Assembly: GCA_010405405.1 (NCBI GenBank)
Contig: MU004243.1
Location: 1,049,340-1,109,173 of the forward strand
Source of the DNA: Microthyrium microscopicum
Taxonomy: Eukaryota
DNA length: 59,834 nucleotides
Direction: 5' to 3'
Of this stretch, positions 11,559 to 25,357 are shown in pieces (position 1 is the stretch's first letter; the number at the start of each line of letters is the position of its first letter). The position numbers and the translations under genes are program-made. The notes under the pieces were generated by a model. The model ran no database searches and was not told the origin of the DNA. It saw only the letters and a program-made list of their open reading frames with translations.

Positions 11559-14500
11559 ACTAGAATAGGTATACTACTAATTAGTAGTAGTAGTTCTAAA
11601 ATTATTTAGTATCTTTAATTTTTACGTCTTTTTTTATTATTTTTAACTAGTTATATTATCTCTTAATTAGGTTATAATATATTCTTAATAAAAAGTAGCC
11701 TCTTATTAGTTAGCTTTAGTCTTAGCTTTTTAAATATTTTATATATTAGTTATTTTTTAGAAAGACTATTTTAAACTTAGTATAAGACTTATAACTATTT
11801 AAAAATAATTATACTTAAATTTACCTAAATAGGCTAGAAATATAAGAGGTATTTATAAAGTAGATGCTTTTATATTATAATAGTAATATATAAATTCTAA
11901 TATTTATAAAGTATATTATTATAACTACTTATAATCTTCTAGATATTAAGATATTAATTTATAGATTATATCTTCTACTCTACTATAAAAATAACCCTTA
12001 GAATTTAATATATATACTCTAAATAACTAGAAATAAACTTATTAACGTACTAAAGAAGGCAAATAACTTATTATTAGGAATAATAAGTTAGTTAATAATT
12101 TAAGATATTAAGGCGTTTTTTAGTCTAATATTCTTAGTAAATATTTTAGCCTCTATTAAATTTAACTAATTAGTAAATACTAGTATATACTTAAAGTTAA
12201 AATTAGTAAAATATAGTTTTAATACTTTAATACTATTATCTATACTTATCTATTAAGAATAATTATAACGTTTTATAACTTAGTATTATAAGGTATCTTT
12301 TTTAGCTTAAGTTAGTAACTACGTAAGGTTTAAAAATTCTTAAAAAATAAGGATTAAATAATACTAAAAATAGGATAAAGTTAGAATTCTCTAAGTATAT
12401 CTTTTAAGTAAACTAATAGCTATACTACTCTATTTTTAGCTTTATTACTTAATTTTTCTTTTAATAAGTTAATAACTACTTTTTAACTACGCTTTAATTT
12501 TATAAGCCTTTAAACTTTATTATAATCTAGTTTTTTTATTAAATCTTATTTATAATATTTTTTTTTCTAGTAATTATAGTAGTAATAGCTAGTCTAATAA
12601 ATCTAGGCTAAGTTTTTTTTAAATATTTTTAATAAAACTAAATAATTATTATATATACTAAATATTTAGACGAATATAAACTAATAGCCTTTTTATAAGT
12701 ATATATAAAACTTATATCTATTAGCTTTTTTCTAGTTATTTATATATAAGATAAGAGTTATTAGCTTTATTAGCTTTTTAGTAATATTATTTCTAAAGAG
12801 ATATTAAATTTTTTAGGTTAATTAATAAAAAAGATATTATTATTAAGTTATAAGTAGTAATATTTATTAGAAATAGTATAGTAAGACTTTATAAAGCTAT
12901 AATATAACTTTATTACTATAAAGTAGTTTATTTATATATAAATTAAGTAGAATTCTAGTAAAGATTATATTAAGATTATTATAATAGTTAATTAATATTT
13001 TATAACTAGCTAACTTTATTTATACTTACCTTAAGTCCTAAAACCTCTTATTATTATTTCTAATCTCTTTGTCTTTTATTATAATATATATTATAGCTTT
13101 ATTTTAATTCTCTACTAGTAAGCTTTACTTATAACTATCCTATAGTTAATTAACTACTAAGTAGAAATAATTCTTTACTTCTAAGTAGACTACTAATTTA
13201 AGTTATATTAAGCGTCTAAATATATCTAAATTATTTTTAACTTATATTACCTTTAGCTACTATAAAGTAGACTAATATAATAATTACTAAGAACTAATTT
13301 ATAGTATAAATTATATATTAGAGATTAAAATACGTTTTTACTTTCTTAATTAGTAAAATTTAAATAACTTACCTTAAGTAAATCTTTTAGCTCTAATAAC
13401 TAATAAATTTTAGAAAATATAATTACTTACTAAGAATTATTATAAGAATTTTCCTAATATTATAGATTAGCTATTATTATTATTAGGTCTAATCTACCCT
13501 TATAACCTAATAATAATTTAAGCTCTAGATAATCCTAAAGACTATTAGAATACTTATAAAAGTTATAAAAATCTTATTATAATAATTAGAGAATATATAG
13601 ATAATATTATTAAGTATTATTATTTCTATTTTTCTATTTAATATAATACTAACTTAAATATTCTTTAATATAGACTATCTTATTCTTTAATATAGACTAA
13701 TAAAGATTACTTAGATAAAGATTATTCTTATATTTCTTTATTTAAAGAGTTTAAGAACTTTACGCCTAAGGTTTCTAAGTATAAAAACGTTAACTATATA
13801 ACCTATAGTATTAAGCTAGAATTTAAGTAAACTAATAGATAGAATAGAAACTTTAGATTTTTTTATATATTATAATATTTTATTATTACTCTAAGTAAAG
13901 ATAATTTAGAGGTATTAAAATAAGAAGCTTATTTCTTTTATATTTATTTTATATACCTTACTATTCTTTTTTTTATAGTAATACTAGTATTAATTTATAA
14001 AGAAAAGTAAGACCTTAGTTTTTTTAATACTAGGTAAAATTTTACTTTTACTAGTACTATTATTAGAATTCTTAATCTAGATATTATAGTATAAATATTA
14101 AAACTTAGTATTTAAATCTTAGTTATTATAGCCTTAAATACTAATAAAATAAGTTTTTTAAAATAAGGTCTATAAAGAGATTTAACTCTTATTACTAACT
14201 TTTTAGTAAGCTCTAAGAAAGGTAACTCTCTCTTTTCTTTTAAGAAAGCTATACTAGCTAAAAAAATATCCTTTAATAAAAAGACCTCTTTAAATTCTTA
14301 ATTAAACTTTACTAAACTTTTTATAGTAGCTAAAAGTAATAGTCTTATTAAAAAAAAAATAACTTTTACTTATTAAACTAGTATATTACTTATAATTCTA
14401 TACTTTTATAAGTTTATATTTATTTAGATACTAATAATCTATTAATTAAAGATAATTTATTTACTAGTAAGTTATCTATTAGAATAAAAGTAACTTTACT

Positions 14501-14884
14501 TTTTATTATTATTTCTTAAGTAGATATTAAAGGTATTATTAAAAACTTTACTAATACTAGAAGCCTATCTTATATAGATATAGATAAAAAGCTAAAAGAA
14601 TTTAAGAATTATATTTTAATTATAATAAGAGAAGAAGATATAGAAGAAGCTAAATTTACTCTTTTAGTTAATTTTACTATTATTATAATAACTAATCTAG
14701 AGTCTTTAAATAGTATAATATAAGCTAAGTTTTCTAAGACTCTTTTAAAAAAAAGAGATACTATAGTAATTAAAGAAGAAGATAATAAGGATAAAGATAT
14801 TATTCCTTAGAAGAATTATTAAAAGGTATATAATAGTTAGAAATAAGATATATTATTTATAGCTATTCTATAACTATAGAGTAA

Positions 14885-15110
14885 TATAACAAGCTACGGA
14901 ACTTAGGCAAGTAGATAATTAAATTATATTCTAGAATCTACGAATAGAAGAGAGAGAGAAAAAGATCTAGAAGAGCTATAGATCTATAAGGAAAGTAAGT
15001 CTACTTAGTAGATCCTTAGGCGTATTAACCCCCTTAGGTTTAGTGCATAATCTTATAATAAAATCTCTTTTATAATACTACTATAAAGCTTATAAAGAGG
15101 AATTATTATA
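14885..15110 (-). repeat. 3' LTR of the Gypsy element
   Basis: TATAAC...ATTATTATA (RIPed TGTAAC...ATCATTACA); ungapped alignment with 22118-22343. Confidence 0.95.
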
Positions 15111-15188
15111 TAATTCCCTCCTTTAATATAGCTCTCTAGGCTATAGACTACTAATTATATCTACTTTCCTAATCTATTCTATTCTAAT

Positions 15189-15226
15189 CTAGTCTAGTCT
15201 AGTCTAGTCTAGTCTAGTCTAGTCTA
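15189..15226. repeat. (CTAGT)n microsatellite running into an assembly gap
   Basis: About 7.5 perfect CTAGT units preceded by degenerate CTATT/CTAAT units. Confidence 0.95.
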
Positions 15227-15421
15227 NNNNNNNNNNNNNNNNNNNNNNNNNNNNNNNNNNNNNNNNNNNNNNNNNNNNNNNNNNNNNNNNNNNNNNNNNN
15301 NNNNNNNNNNNNNNNNNNNNNNNNNNNNNNNNNNNNNNNNNNNNNNNNNNNNNNNNNNNNNNNNNNNNNNNNNNNNNNNNNNNNNNNNNNNNNNNNNNNN
15401 NNNNNNNNNNNNNNNNNNNNN
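15227..15421. other. Assembly gap (N run)
   Basis: Run of n characters inside the Gypsy 3' region. Confidence 1.
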
Positions 15422-18400
15422 TTATTATAATTAGTATACTTAATCTTATATTATAGCTTCTTATATTAATTAGTAAAGTAGCTATTAATAATAGCGTTAA
15501 TAGACTATTTATTATTGTTTATAGTTTCTCTAATAACTACTAGTAGTAGATTAGTATACTTAAGTAGCTTAGCGTCGTCTATAATATAGTAAAGAACCTA
15601 GGCATAGAAGATATTATATATCTTTATAGAAGAGAGAAGATTAAGTTTATAGATAATAGTATTAATTTTCTTAATTATACGAAAGGAGCCTATATTCTTA
15701 TCGTCTAGAGTCTTTAAAGGATATAAAGTAGAGTAGTTCTATATATCTAAGTAAACCTAGTTGCCTAGTACTAAGTCTAGGGCTACGTAATAATAATAAT
15801 TAGTATATTCTATCTATTAAGCTTATACCTAGATTAATTACTCTATTAAGTAATTATATATTTTAGTATAACCTATCTATATTATATCTATATTAATAGC
15901 TTCCTTATTAGTAGCTATAAAGGCATTTATAGGTTTTAGGAAGTAATATAAGAACTTAAGACCTAATTAAGGGTTAAATTTATTTTAAGCTTTAAAGAAT
16001 ATAACTCCTATAGTAGTATTTATAATAGAATTAACTACGAATTTAGTAAAGGATAGAAGGGCTACTTAGTTATTTTAATTCTAGTTAATAAATATACGTA
16101 AAAATTGCTTAAGTATAGTAATTAAGATTTCTATTATGCTATTAATCTTAGAGTAAAATACTATACTAAGACGAAATATTATGCCTATATATTTATATAA
16201 GTACTTTTAGAATATAAAAATAAATTAGCTACTATAGTCTAAAAGAATTATTAATAGCTAGCTAATAAGCTTCTATATATAGTTAATAAAGGCTAGTACT
16301 ATTAAGTCTATAAATAAGTCTAGTAGTAGGATAAAATGCTAGGTCTATATATATTAATTAATAACTACTATAACGTATTAATAAATTATACCTTAGTATA
16401 AATAGTAAGGTAGTAAGATAGTAAAGTTAATAAAGATATCTAACTATATACGCTTAGGAAAAGAAAATTAACGTAGAAAACCTTACTTCTTTTAGTAAAT
16501 AGGTTTAGTAAATATATATTTATAGCCTTTAATAAAGCTCTTAACATCCTATAATATTTTAAGCTACTAGTAATCTTCTTATAGGCGATAGTAAGTTATT
16601 ACTATTTTACTATAGCTTATAGCTTTATAGCTATATATACTCTATATAGCGTAACGCTAAAGCTTACCTTAAGGAATAAAGATCTAGTTATAGTAGAGAA
16701 TTATCTTATTAGTAGCTACTATATAGTCTCTAAGCTTAATCTATTCTTACTCTAGAGTACTAAAGAGTAAAAAGAGCTAGTAGTTAGTCTTAGTATAGTA
16801 AATAGTAATTATTATTTTGTTATACTCTACTACGTTTATAATATTCTATAGGAATTAGTTACTATTAAAATCTAGAGATAAGTTATCTTTTAAAGAATTA
16901 AGTAGCTTACTCTTAGGCGTTTTATTATTACTAAGAGACTCTCCTATAGAATTAAGTAGCTTACCTATAAGATTAGAAATATTTAACTTATTTTAAGTAA
17001 TAGTAGCTAAGTATAGTATTAAGAAGTAGGTAGGTTTAATAAGTAATATAGCTAGCTTTACTACGTATTTTATATTAAATTAGTATAGAAATAGTAAAGA
17101 TTAGATCTATTAAGAAACGTAAGAGTCGTTATTACTTTATAAAATATCTTATAACTAATAGGTAAGGGTATCTACTTTTCTATTAGCTATACCTAGGTAG
17201 TACTTTATCTTAAAGTAAAATTAGGAGAGGAACTTAGCTTATTTAGCTTATTATTAAGAGAGATATTTTATTATTATAAACGTTTAAAGGTTATAGTAAT
17301 TAGAGAATACTTAAATAGAGTTAATAGAGCTAAATAGCTCTAGTTTCTACTCTTTAAATATATAAATAATAGCTAGAAGCTCTTTATTATAAATATTATA
17401 ATTATATTCTACTAGGATTATCTTTTTTAAGAAATATATAACTAGGTAAAGCTTCCTATTATTACCTTTTTAAGAGAGAACTATAGCATAAACCTAATTT
17501 AAGGTATCTATCTTTAGCTATATTTCTTTTATATAGTTAAAGTAATATAATATCTTAATAGACGTAAAGTCTTACTTTAGCTTCTTAAATATACGTTCCT
17601 CTAGCCTATTAAGGTCCTAAGGAAAGATTACTATAGCGTCCTTCTTTATAAGTACTATTAGTAGTATTATAGTCTTTAAATATTTAAGAATAAATTAGTA
17701 GTAGAAGTTAATAAAGCTAAGAAAAGCTTAAATATCTTTTACTAAAGAGGAACGTTACTAGTTAACTACGCTTTAAACCTTCTTTAAGTCTATCTTAATA
17801 TCTTTAGTAGTAATAATTAAGCTAAGGTATTTAACTTATTAAGTATTAAATTTATACTTCTAGATATTTAAGTATAATCCTACTTTATTTATTACTTTTA
17901 AGACTAGATAAGTATAGGTAGTATAGCTAGCTTTAGTATTACTAAAGACTAATAGATTATTTATATAGCCTATAATGAAGTTATCTAGGTAATTAATTAA
18001 GATATAGTTAAGATAAGCTTAGAAGGTTCTTAAGGCTTTAGTAAGGCTAAAGGGTATAACTTTAAATTTATATAATTTATAATAAGTTAAGAATATAGTT
18101 TTATACTTATTACTAGGTTTAATGTAGATATATATAAAGATAGTAATAACGTTAAATTTAGAGAAGTATTTTACGTAATAGATATAAGTAAGTATTTTTA
18201 GTAGCTATAAAGAGACGTTATAATTCTTTTACGTAATCTTATTAAGTCTATAATAATTAATATAAACTTAAATTCCTCCTCCTAGCTTATATATATATAG
18301 TATTAGTATAGCGTAATATAACTTACTAGCTTAAACTTAATCTTAACTAAGTATCTAATTAATGTATTATTTAATAATAAGGAATTCTTAGTAACCTAGG

Positions 18401-19300
18401 CTATTATAGTAATATTTAGAAATTATAGCGTCTAGGATAATATTAATAGAGTAATTTTATTCGCTATAGTATAGTATAAATTTATTACCTAATTTTAGGT
18501 TAAAGACGTCTATATAATAGTAATATTTCTTTAATAGGCGTTTAAGAATCTCTTTTTATAAAAAAGGAGGCTTATTATACTTCTCTTACTATTTTTTAAA
18601 ATCCTTAGGTAAGATTTTACCTAAGTTAATAGTAATATCTTCCTTTAGTATAAAATCTAGATTTAGAGGTTTCTTTTCTTTTTTATCTTTAAAATTATTA
18701 GGCTAGATTTTGCTAAATTGCTAGCTTTATTCTAGTAGTTTAATAAAGGTAATAGTACTAACTATAGTAACGTTCTTAAAGTAAGGATTAGTTAGGTTAA
18801 CTAAATAGCCTTTATAGTCTATAGAGATTAAGTAACTAGCTAGTAGGTAATATACTAAGTAGTAGTCTAAGTTAAAGTAGATTTGCTTCTTACCTCTTTT
18901 AAGAGTAACCTTATAGAGGTTAATCTAAGGGTTACTAAAGATAAGGTCATAGCTAGTAACGTTTATAATAAAGTAGTAGATTTATTTAATATACTCTCCT
19001 AGATAGATATTAACTATAGTAGCTTTATTAACTTTCGTAATAGCCTTATTATTAGCTAATTATATAATTTAGAGGGCAAAGAAATTAATAGTAAGGATCC
19101 TATATTATTTAATAAAGTTAGGGTAAATAATCTCTATTACTTTACTACTAGTATTTATAAAGATATTAATTTTTAAGTAGTAGCCTTATCTTAGAAAGAT
19201 TATAGTACTAAAAGTAGTCTATTAGTTGCTTACTATAGATATAGTAGCTACTTCTTAGGGACGAAAATTATATACTATAAAGGTAAGGAATATCTTAATA
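15422..19300 (-). pseudogene. RIPed Gypsy pol (RT, integrase C-terminal GPF region, chromodomain); 5' limit approximate
   Basis: Motifs listed for the element; RT precedes integrase and chromodomain on the minus strand; many TAA/TAG codons derived from CAA/CAG/TGG. Confidence 0.85.
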
Positions 19301-22117
19301 ATAACTAGTTTAGTATTATTAAATATAATAGGCTCTAGGGATAATGCTTATTAGAGATTATCTTCTAGGCGCTAGATAGTCTTATTAACCTTATATTAGA
19401 TTTATTCTTTAGAAAGAACTAGCTTAGGGTTAGGTTTCTTCTTCTTTTATTACTAATTATATGCTTCTTACTTATTTAGCTCCTTTGTACGTCTCTATAG
19501 AGGAGCTTTTAGTTTTTTATATTATTATTATAATTATACTTATTATAATTATCCTTTATAGTTAGGAACTAAGGAGATTAAGTAATAATTTAATTATAGA
19601 TAGTAGCAAACTCTATAATAATAGTAGTAACCTTTAGTTAAATTTTAACGTCTAAAAGGGCGTCTCTATCTTTATATAGTATTAAGTTATGCTAATAACT
19701 ATAGCCCTTCTTTCTATACTTTATATAATAATTATTAGCCTTTAAGGTATTATAGATATCTAAAGGGTAGTTAAACTTTAGTTTCTGTCTACTATCCTTA
19801 GCTACTAAACGATTATTATTATTATAGCTTTACGAATTAGTAGAGAGGACGTATTTAATATAACGAGCTATAGTATATAAGCTCTTAAGGAAGTTAGTAA
19901 ATATTTTTAATTTTATAAAGAGTACTCTCTCTATAAATTTTAAGAGTAGAAGAGAATATATTTTAATAATCTTATCTTAATTACTAAGCTTAGCTTCTTA
20001 TAAGTTCTCTAAGAAGTAAGCTAAGAATTATTTAAGCTTCTTAGTAGGCTTTATTATAGCTTCTTAACTTTTAAGCTAAGTCTTAATAGTAATATAGCTA
20101 TCTTTAATACTATACTTATAGTCTAAGTTAGACTATATCTTTACTATAAATAAATATAGGTTAATTAACTTATAATTACTTTGCTTATTAATAGTACTAA
20201 ATGCTTAATCCTTTATTACTTCTTAGATGACTTAAATCTTAGAGACTTTTATAAGATAGACTTATATATTATTATTAAGGTAGTCTAATACTTTACCTTT
20301 TTAAGTATAGTACTTCTACTTATCCTTTCTTAAGAAGAGTAAAGGCTTATTACCTTATACTTTAAGGAAAGAGGTACTACTAATTAAGTTAAGGTTAAAG
20401 AAGGAAGTAGTTTAACGTAAGTTTAGTACCCTTAGAAGTATATTTAAGTTAGGTTAGTCTATATTCTAAGCTAGAGAAGTCTAGTAGAATAGATTATTAT
20501 CTACTAACTTATTATAATTAAGATAGGGATTAGTTACCTTAGTAGCTAAAAGTTTCTTTTAAAGAGCGTTAACCTAAGTTTAAAGGATAGTAGCTTTGTC
20601 TATCTTCTTTTATAGAGCCTTATAGTATTTACTAATTTTATTAACGTAAGTAGTAAGTACTTCCTTAAGTAGATTATTATTATATTATAGTTTCTATACC
20701 TTTTAGCAAGTAGTTGTTACTTCCTTAAGTATAATAGTATTATCTTAAATTTACGCTTTAAGGTAAGTAATCTACTTTACGCATTTATTATTAGTTTTAG
20801 CTAAGTCTTATATCTTTCTTTAAGCTTCTAGAGCTTCTTCCTAGAGAGTATAGATTAAGTTTATATTATAAGTATTTATATTTTACTTAATTTTAAAGAA
20901 GTAGGCTATAATTTAAGAGGCTAATAATAAGGCATAAAGCTATATAACTAGGTTATCTAGAGTAAACTCCTCTTTTAGTAAATATTCTAAGTCTATACCT
21001 AATTTAATTAAGTAGTAAAAGTAATAGCAAAGATCTAGTTATTTTTCTTTATAATAGAGGTATATTCCTACGTCTTTTAGCTTGCTACCTTCTTTACTAA
21101 GCATCTTTTATACTTAAGTAGCTTAAAAGATTAGAGGGTTCTTATTAATAGTTAAAGTAACTAGTTAATTAAGGTCTACTACTATAAAATAGTAAGATAT
21201 TAATATAGGTAGTACTCTAGAGCCTTTAGCTTACTAGCGTAGTTCTATTAGCTAATTATATATTTCTAGGAATAGTCTAGTATTATTATTAGGCTAGAAA
21301 AGAGCTAAATTTTAGTTATTTCCTAGGTTTATTTAATTTAGTAAAGTTATTTAACTAAGATTTAGAGGGGCGTTATCTTTAAGCGCCTTTTAGGTTTCCT
21401 TGCCTTTATAGCCTTATTCTAATAAATAATTATCTTCTAACTTATCTTTATCTTCTAATAACGCTCTTAAGCTTAGTTCTAGTAGTTTTAATAGTCCTAA
21501 TGCGCTTTCTACTAAATCTACTACTTTCTAAGTAGCGTCTAGCTATACTATATCCTAAGTGTTAAGTCTACCTTAATACTTAGTACGTATAGTAAAGAAG
21601 TAACGTAACGAAGAAGAGTAATGTGAGCGTATAGGAGATAAGGATTAACGCTAATTATTAGGCTAAGTATAAGTAACTAGGGATAGCAAACAAGCTAGAC
21701 GACTATCTTAGGTTTAGGCCTATTAGGTAAAAGCCTTATTAGCTATAGTTATAAATAATAAAGAAGGGTACTAGAAGAGAATGCTTATTTATTTAGCATA
21801 TTTTAATAGTAAGAGTATTAAGTATAATTATAAGTATTTAGTAGTAGTATAGAAGATAAACTTTAGTATTCTATAGAACTAAAGATAAGGAGCAATTAAC
21901 GCTTAGACTATTAATAGGTTAAAGAGTATTAAGGAATCCTAACGCTCTAATTAGATAAAGGGTTAGCAAAGCTAATAGATTTAGTAAATCTATAAAGGAT
22001 TTTTAATAAGGTTTAAGACTACGCGTGCAAGATATTAATCTATATAGGCGCTTCTTTAGAAGTAAATTCTAGGGTATATAGTATAAGCGCATAGATATTT
22101 AAATAGTTTATAGATTA

Positions 22118-22343
22118 TATAATAAGCTATAGAACTTAGGTAAGTAGATAATTAGATTGTATTCTAGAATCTATAAATAGGAGAGAAAGAAAAAAAGATC
22201 TAGAAGAGCTACAGATCTATAAGGAAAGTAAGTCTACTTAGTAGATTCTTAGGCGTGCTAACTTCCTTAAGTCTAGCGCGTAATCTTATAACAAGATCTC
22301 TCTCACAACACTACTATAAAGCCTATAAAGAGGAATCATTACA
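22118..22343 (-). repeat. 5' LTR of the Gypsy element
   Basis: TATAATAAGCTAT...AATCATTACA followed by the TSD AGTAA. Confidence 0.95.
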
Positions 22344-25293
22344 AGTAATTTAGATTTATAAATATTTTATTTATTTTAAATTAGAGTAAAATTTTTTATT
22401 TTTAAATTTTTAAAAAAAACATATAGAGATTTTTTAATATAATTTATTTTAATTAAAACTATTTCTAATTTCTTAAATCTTAATATATTAAAATACTTTC
22501 TAAGATCTTAAAGGAATATATAATAAATAAGACTTTATAAATAAGATAACCTATAAGTTAAAAATTTATACTATATATATATTACTATTTCTATTATTAT
22601 TAATAAGAATTCTATCTCTATAATTAGTATTTTTATAAATATAAATAAATATATTTATTTAAAAATAAGCTAAGTAGTAGAACTAAAAACTATTAAGCTA
22701 ATTAAAAATAGTAGTAAAGACTAGATTATATTAAAAGAATAAATAGCTATTAATAATTTATTATAAGTATAGCTAAAAAAAGGGTAAGTATTTTACTATA
22801 AATTACTAGTAAGTATTAGTTAAAACTTATAATTAAGTTTATATAATATTTAGCAAAAAAAGTATTAAATAGAGAGTAGATAGATAAGAAATTTCCTTAT
22901 AATATATTATTAATAAAATAATCTAAGTACTATTAATAAGAATAGCTAGTAGAAAGATAAATATATAACTAAATTAAGTTTTACTAATTATAAAAATCCT
23001 CTTTAGTAAAATAAAAATAAGAGTTAGAATCTTAGTAGATATATATAATTACGTAAAGAAAATTAAAGATAGTAAATCCTAAAAAGAAAATACTATTATT
23101 AAAAGTTTTATAACTTATATAAAAGGTAGTAAGAACTTTATTAAAGGAAGTAAAGTAAGTAGATATAACTTAAGATTATTAAACCTCTATCTAAAATAAA
23201 TAAATATAATACTTAGAACTTACTAATAAGTATTAAGTATTAGAGTTTAATTATATAGATATATAATATAACGTAAAAGGTATCTAATATTATTTCTAAT
23301 TAGTAGTAACTTAATTATTATTAAGAACTAGGTAAGCTTTTTTATTAATAAAGCTTAGAAAGCTTTTAATAAGTTAATAGTATAGATAGTAAAGATAATA
23401 TTAAAAAGATAGTACTTTAGAGTAAAAGTTATAGAAAGTATTATATTAATATAATGCGTAAAGAGGAAGAGTAGAAATAGCTAAATAAGTATTATATAAT
23501 AGCTTATATATATTAGGCTATAATAAGCAAAGTTATTATCTTTTATATAAAACTATATAGTTATACTTAAAAAGAATAACTAGCTAAAAAACAATAAGGT
23601 AAAGAAGTTAAGCTAAGCTAATATATATTATAATATTATTAATATTAATAATTACTTATATAAAAAGGTTAATATTTTACCTTCTATATTAAAAACTTAG
23701 TTATATCTATTAGTACTATTAAATTATTTATACTCTTTCTATAGAGGTAATAAAATCTTATCCTTATTCTAAGTAATTACCTTAATAGACTTATTTTAAA
23801 AAGAATATAGTTACTATTACTAAGAGAGGTAGGTACTAAGATACTATTTAGTTATTATTAATATTATATATACTAAGGTTTTAATACTAAATAGGATAAA
23901 ATTAAGTAGAATTATAAGGCAATTTTAGGCTCTAGTTCTATTATTCTTTTCTTAATATATTATAAATAAAATACTACTTTAATAATAACTTTAAATATTA
24001 TATACTCTTTACGTATCTATAATAAGATAGCCCTTACTCTTATTTAATTCTTTTATACTAGTACTAGCGCGATAAAAAATAGCTTAATTATTTAGTTACT
24101 ATCTAATATTTATTATAAAGTATATTTATAGTACTAAAATAGGCCTATTAACTAATAAATTAATAGTTACTTAATTACCTTTAAACTACTATAATGCTAC
24201 TAAATCTCTCTTCTACTAAAGTATAATATCTATAGCGTAGAATAATAAATATTACTAAAGAAGTAATTTAAGCTATAGATAAAACTTTTTTTATTACTAA
24301 CTTACTTTTAATTTCTACCTTCTATAATTCTAATAATAGCAAAATTAGCATTTATATTAGTAATATTATACGCTTCTTCTATACTTATATAGCTTACTAT
24401 ATTTACTATAAATAAAGTAGCTAAGACTTTTTATAGTTTAATACTATTAATTTTCTAAGAATATTTCCTCTTAATATATTTATTAACGTTATCTAGTTTT
24501 ATAATAGCTACTATTTCTTAATCTATTTTTTAAATATTTTCTTATACTACTAATATATTAAGTTATTATTTATTATAATTATATTAGCAATTTATAATCT
24601 ATTTCTTAGTAATATTATAGTAAGTTCTTAGTGCTTAACTATTATATTTAGAAAAGAGATAAAAAACTAATATTTTTAATTTTAAAGGTCTATACTAATA
24701 ATAGTTAGTTTATAAAATATTATAGTTTACTAGTTAATTTAGTAGTTATAAATTTTTATACTAATATTCTTACTTCTTTCTATATAAATATATATATAAG
24801 CTAAGTTTTACTAATCTTAACTTTAGGTAATAGCGTAGAGAACTTAATAATAATTAATTAATAGTAATAATAGGTTTAGATAGCTAAATAATAAATAGTT
24901 TATCTAGTATAATAAGAAATAAAGAAAGGTTTATAAAATTTACTTAGTTTAATAATAATATTAAATAAAATTTATATATTTTTACTTTATATATTTATTA
25001 TTTATAATATAACTAAAATAAATAATAGCTTTTATTATAGTAGTTACTCTATACTTTTTAAAAGATATAAAGTTAGCTTATTACTAGTTAAAAATTAAAT
25101 ATTATAAAGGTATAGCTAAAAAGCTAAAAAAAAAAATATAGTAAATATAGCGTAAGTATATATATAAAAATATAATAACCCTAACCTTAAAAAAATTAGA
25201 ATTATAGCTTAATAAGAGAGTAGCACTTTAACTAAGTATTAATATAGGTTTAATTCTTACTAGTTCTAAAAGTTACTAGGTTAATTCTTATAG

Positions 25294-25357
25294 TTATTAA
25301 TTTTTACTTTTTATCTTTTTTTGCTTTAGCTAATCATTAGACCTAGTTCTTCTAGGC
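25294..25357 (-). repeat. Right imperfect terminal inverted repeat of the giant element
   Basis: Reverse complement reads GCCTAGAAGAAC-TAGGT...AGCAAAAAAAGATAAAAAGTAAAAATTAATAA. Within the aligned blocks, differences from 932-1000 are mostly RIP-type transitions plus small indels. Confidence 0.6.

Larger units (their letters stand above)
14885..22343 (-). mobile_element. RIPed Ty3/Gypsy chromovirus LTR retrotransposon, LTR-to-LTR
   Basis: Two 226-bp direct LTRs; 5-bp TSD AGTAA at 14880-14884 and 22344-22348; minus-strand polypurine tract (AAGGAGGGAATTA) next to the left LTR. De-RIPed minus-strand motifs: RT (GGG.KFCVDY..LNKIT ~18280, FKVMPFGLT ~18050, YLDDF..GY.DDLLVFS ~17970), GPF domain (~15690), chromodomain (EWSVDAIVDS...KLQYKIKY ~15430-15510). 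Confidence 0.95.

Noticed and set aside
13591..13610. TATATAGATAAT as a Copia YVDD motif
   Set aside because: No flanking Copia RT motifs or LTR pair; such a string arises easily in RIPed DNA.
960..25300. AT-rich block as mitochondrial insertion, centromere or foreign DNA
   Set aside because: Extreme TpA excess with CpA/TpG depletion and recoverable TE motifs indicate RIP; no organellar genes seen; centromere function cannot be judged from sequence.
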